This document shows positions 62,466 to 64,000 of a stretch of DNA of 64,000 bases, one piece after another (positions within the stretch are counted from its first letter, which is position 1; every line of letters starts with the position of its first letter). A program made the position numbers and the translations under genes. The DNA lies in assembly GCF_018977255.1 (NCBI RefSeq), contig NW_024704743.1, positions 97,218,001 to 97,282,000 of the forward strand, written 5' to 3'. The notes under the pieces are model-generated. The model saw only the letters and a list, made by a program, of their open reading frames with translations. It was not told where the DNA came from and did no database searches. The stretch comes from Callorhinchus milii. Lineage: Eukaryota.

Positions 62466-64000
62466 GAGCAAAGTAACTAAGAAGGGAGTTCATGAAAAGG
62501 GGCACATGACGGGGGTGGGGGGGGGGAGGGCTAGAGATACAGAATAAAATCTGTTGTTTTCATGATGTGTTTCAATGGTTCAGCTGACACGGCTGTTTCT
62601 GTTTCACATACACAATGCTCGAATATTATTGTTGCCATTACATCATCAAATTGCATCGGCACATTGCCACAGGCAGAGCTCTTTCTGCCAGTTTATCAGC
62701 CCGTGCTTTAGCACTGAGAAGCAAATGATGTCAAGGTAATCCTGGCTGAAAAGGCAGTCCTGGCTGAAAAGGCAGTTCTGGCAAAGAATCCTGCTGAAGA
62801 GGAAGCGTTATGGGAGTCACATGTATGAGTTCAAGGGCAGAAATGAAGCTGATGCAATAGCACTGGAGCAATAAATCCTAAATGACTAAACAAGTACTGA
62901 ACCAAACACACCACTTCATTTGCTGATTGTCCTTTGCGGTTATGTCTCATGTAAATACAGTGCAAAGGTTAAAGATTGGTCAAACTCCTGGTTACTCCCA
63001 ATAATTCTTGGGCGTACATTGCCATTTCTTCATTGTCACTGAGACAAGTTGCTACAATTCCCTACTTAACACCTAACCATCCCTGGTTGCTCTGAGAAGG
63101 TGGAGGTGCCGCCTTCTGTTTAAATTGTCGCAGTCTTTGTGGTGATATTCTCCCACAGTGGTATTAGGTGTTAGGTGAGAAATAAACAGGGGCTAAATTG
63201 CAATACTCATAATAATCAAGTAACGTGTACAACTGTGTATTTGTAGATAAATGCCTTTATTTCTTAATAAAGAATCCAAATCTCACAAATGAGCATTCTC
63301 CTGGCAACCAGAAATATGTCACACAATCTATTTCTGATATGGAATCAAAGGGAATTCTTATGGGATTCCTTATTAAGAATTAAGAAGTTAAGCAATTTAG
63401 AGCCCATTTTTTTTTTGGACTTCAATCCAATTTTGACAGGCACAGATATCCAAGAATGTGCATTGATGCTCCATGTTTTAGGAGGAACTCAAAGTGAGTC
63501 ACTTGGACATGTGTGTGAAGCAATGTAGTTAAATGCCACATCAATTGCCAATATTGGCACAATGCCTGAGCAATACAATAACACCACTGAAATGCTTTGT
63601 TCTTTCAGTGCTGCGTGGTGGTGTCTTCCATATGTTCTCTCAAAAGTCAGCAACTTGAATGTTTGCACTGAGAGATTAGAATGTAGGACTGAGCCACACT
63701 CATTCCAGTGGTTACAGTGTTATTGCATACCCTGCTTGTTACAGGGCCACAGTCTGCAATTCTCACATTATTGAATTAAAGGGAGGTACGGTAAGTGCAG
63801 GGATCCGAGCGGGAGGAAGCCAGTGGTACCGTGGTCAGAGGTCAGAATGGTTGAGGAGAAACCAGAAGTGGCATAATCAGACATTGTTGAGTATCAGGAA
63901 AAATCTCTGGTCCACTCAGAGGAAGCGAGCGCTGTCATGATCTGAGCTTGGCATAAAACAGTGGCCAATCGTGATAAAGCGGTTTTTCAATGAAACCCTT

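Overview
This is eukaryotic, vertebrate genomic DNA, most likely from a cartilaginous fish of the chimaera/elephant-shark type. That assignment is inferred from its repeat families and slowly diverged exons. Two genes lie tail-to-tail: the last coding exon of TMEM241 (+ strand, 799-871) and exons 2-10 of CABLES1 (- strand, 57728 down to the stop at 15913). The nine CABLES1 exons are all GT-AG and splice into one open frame of 1066 nt; exon 1 lies beyond the right edge. Most of the rest is intron or intergenic DNA rich in tRNA-Ala-headed SINEs, Deu-domain SINEs, L2 and CR1 LINE pieces (including one apparently full-length, decayed, ORF1-less L2) and small inverted-repeat elements. Nearly all ORF-track entries are repeat-derived or noise. 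I see no prokaryote-style system and no new protein family. The best leads are: a candidate alternative TATA promoter and non-coding first exon in CABLES1 intron 1; a 32-bp hAT-derived pre-miRNA-like hairpin; a fold-back MITE family that tends to sit near exons; modular SINE/L2 tail sharing; and CABLES2-like residues retained in CABLES1 exon 5. Comparisons with human proteins and named repeat families are from memory, not from a database search.
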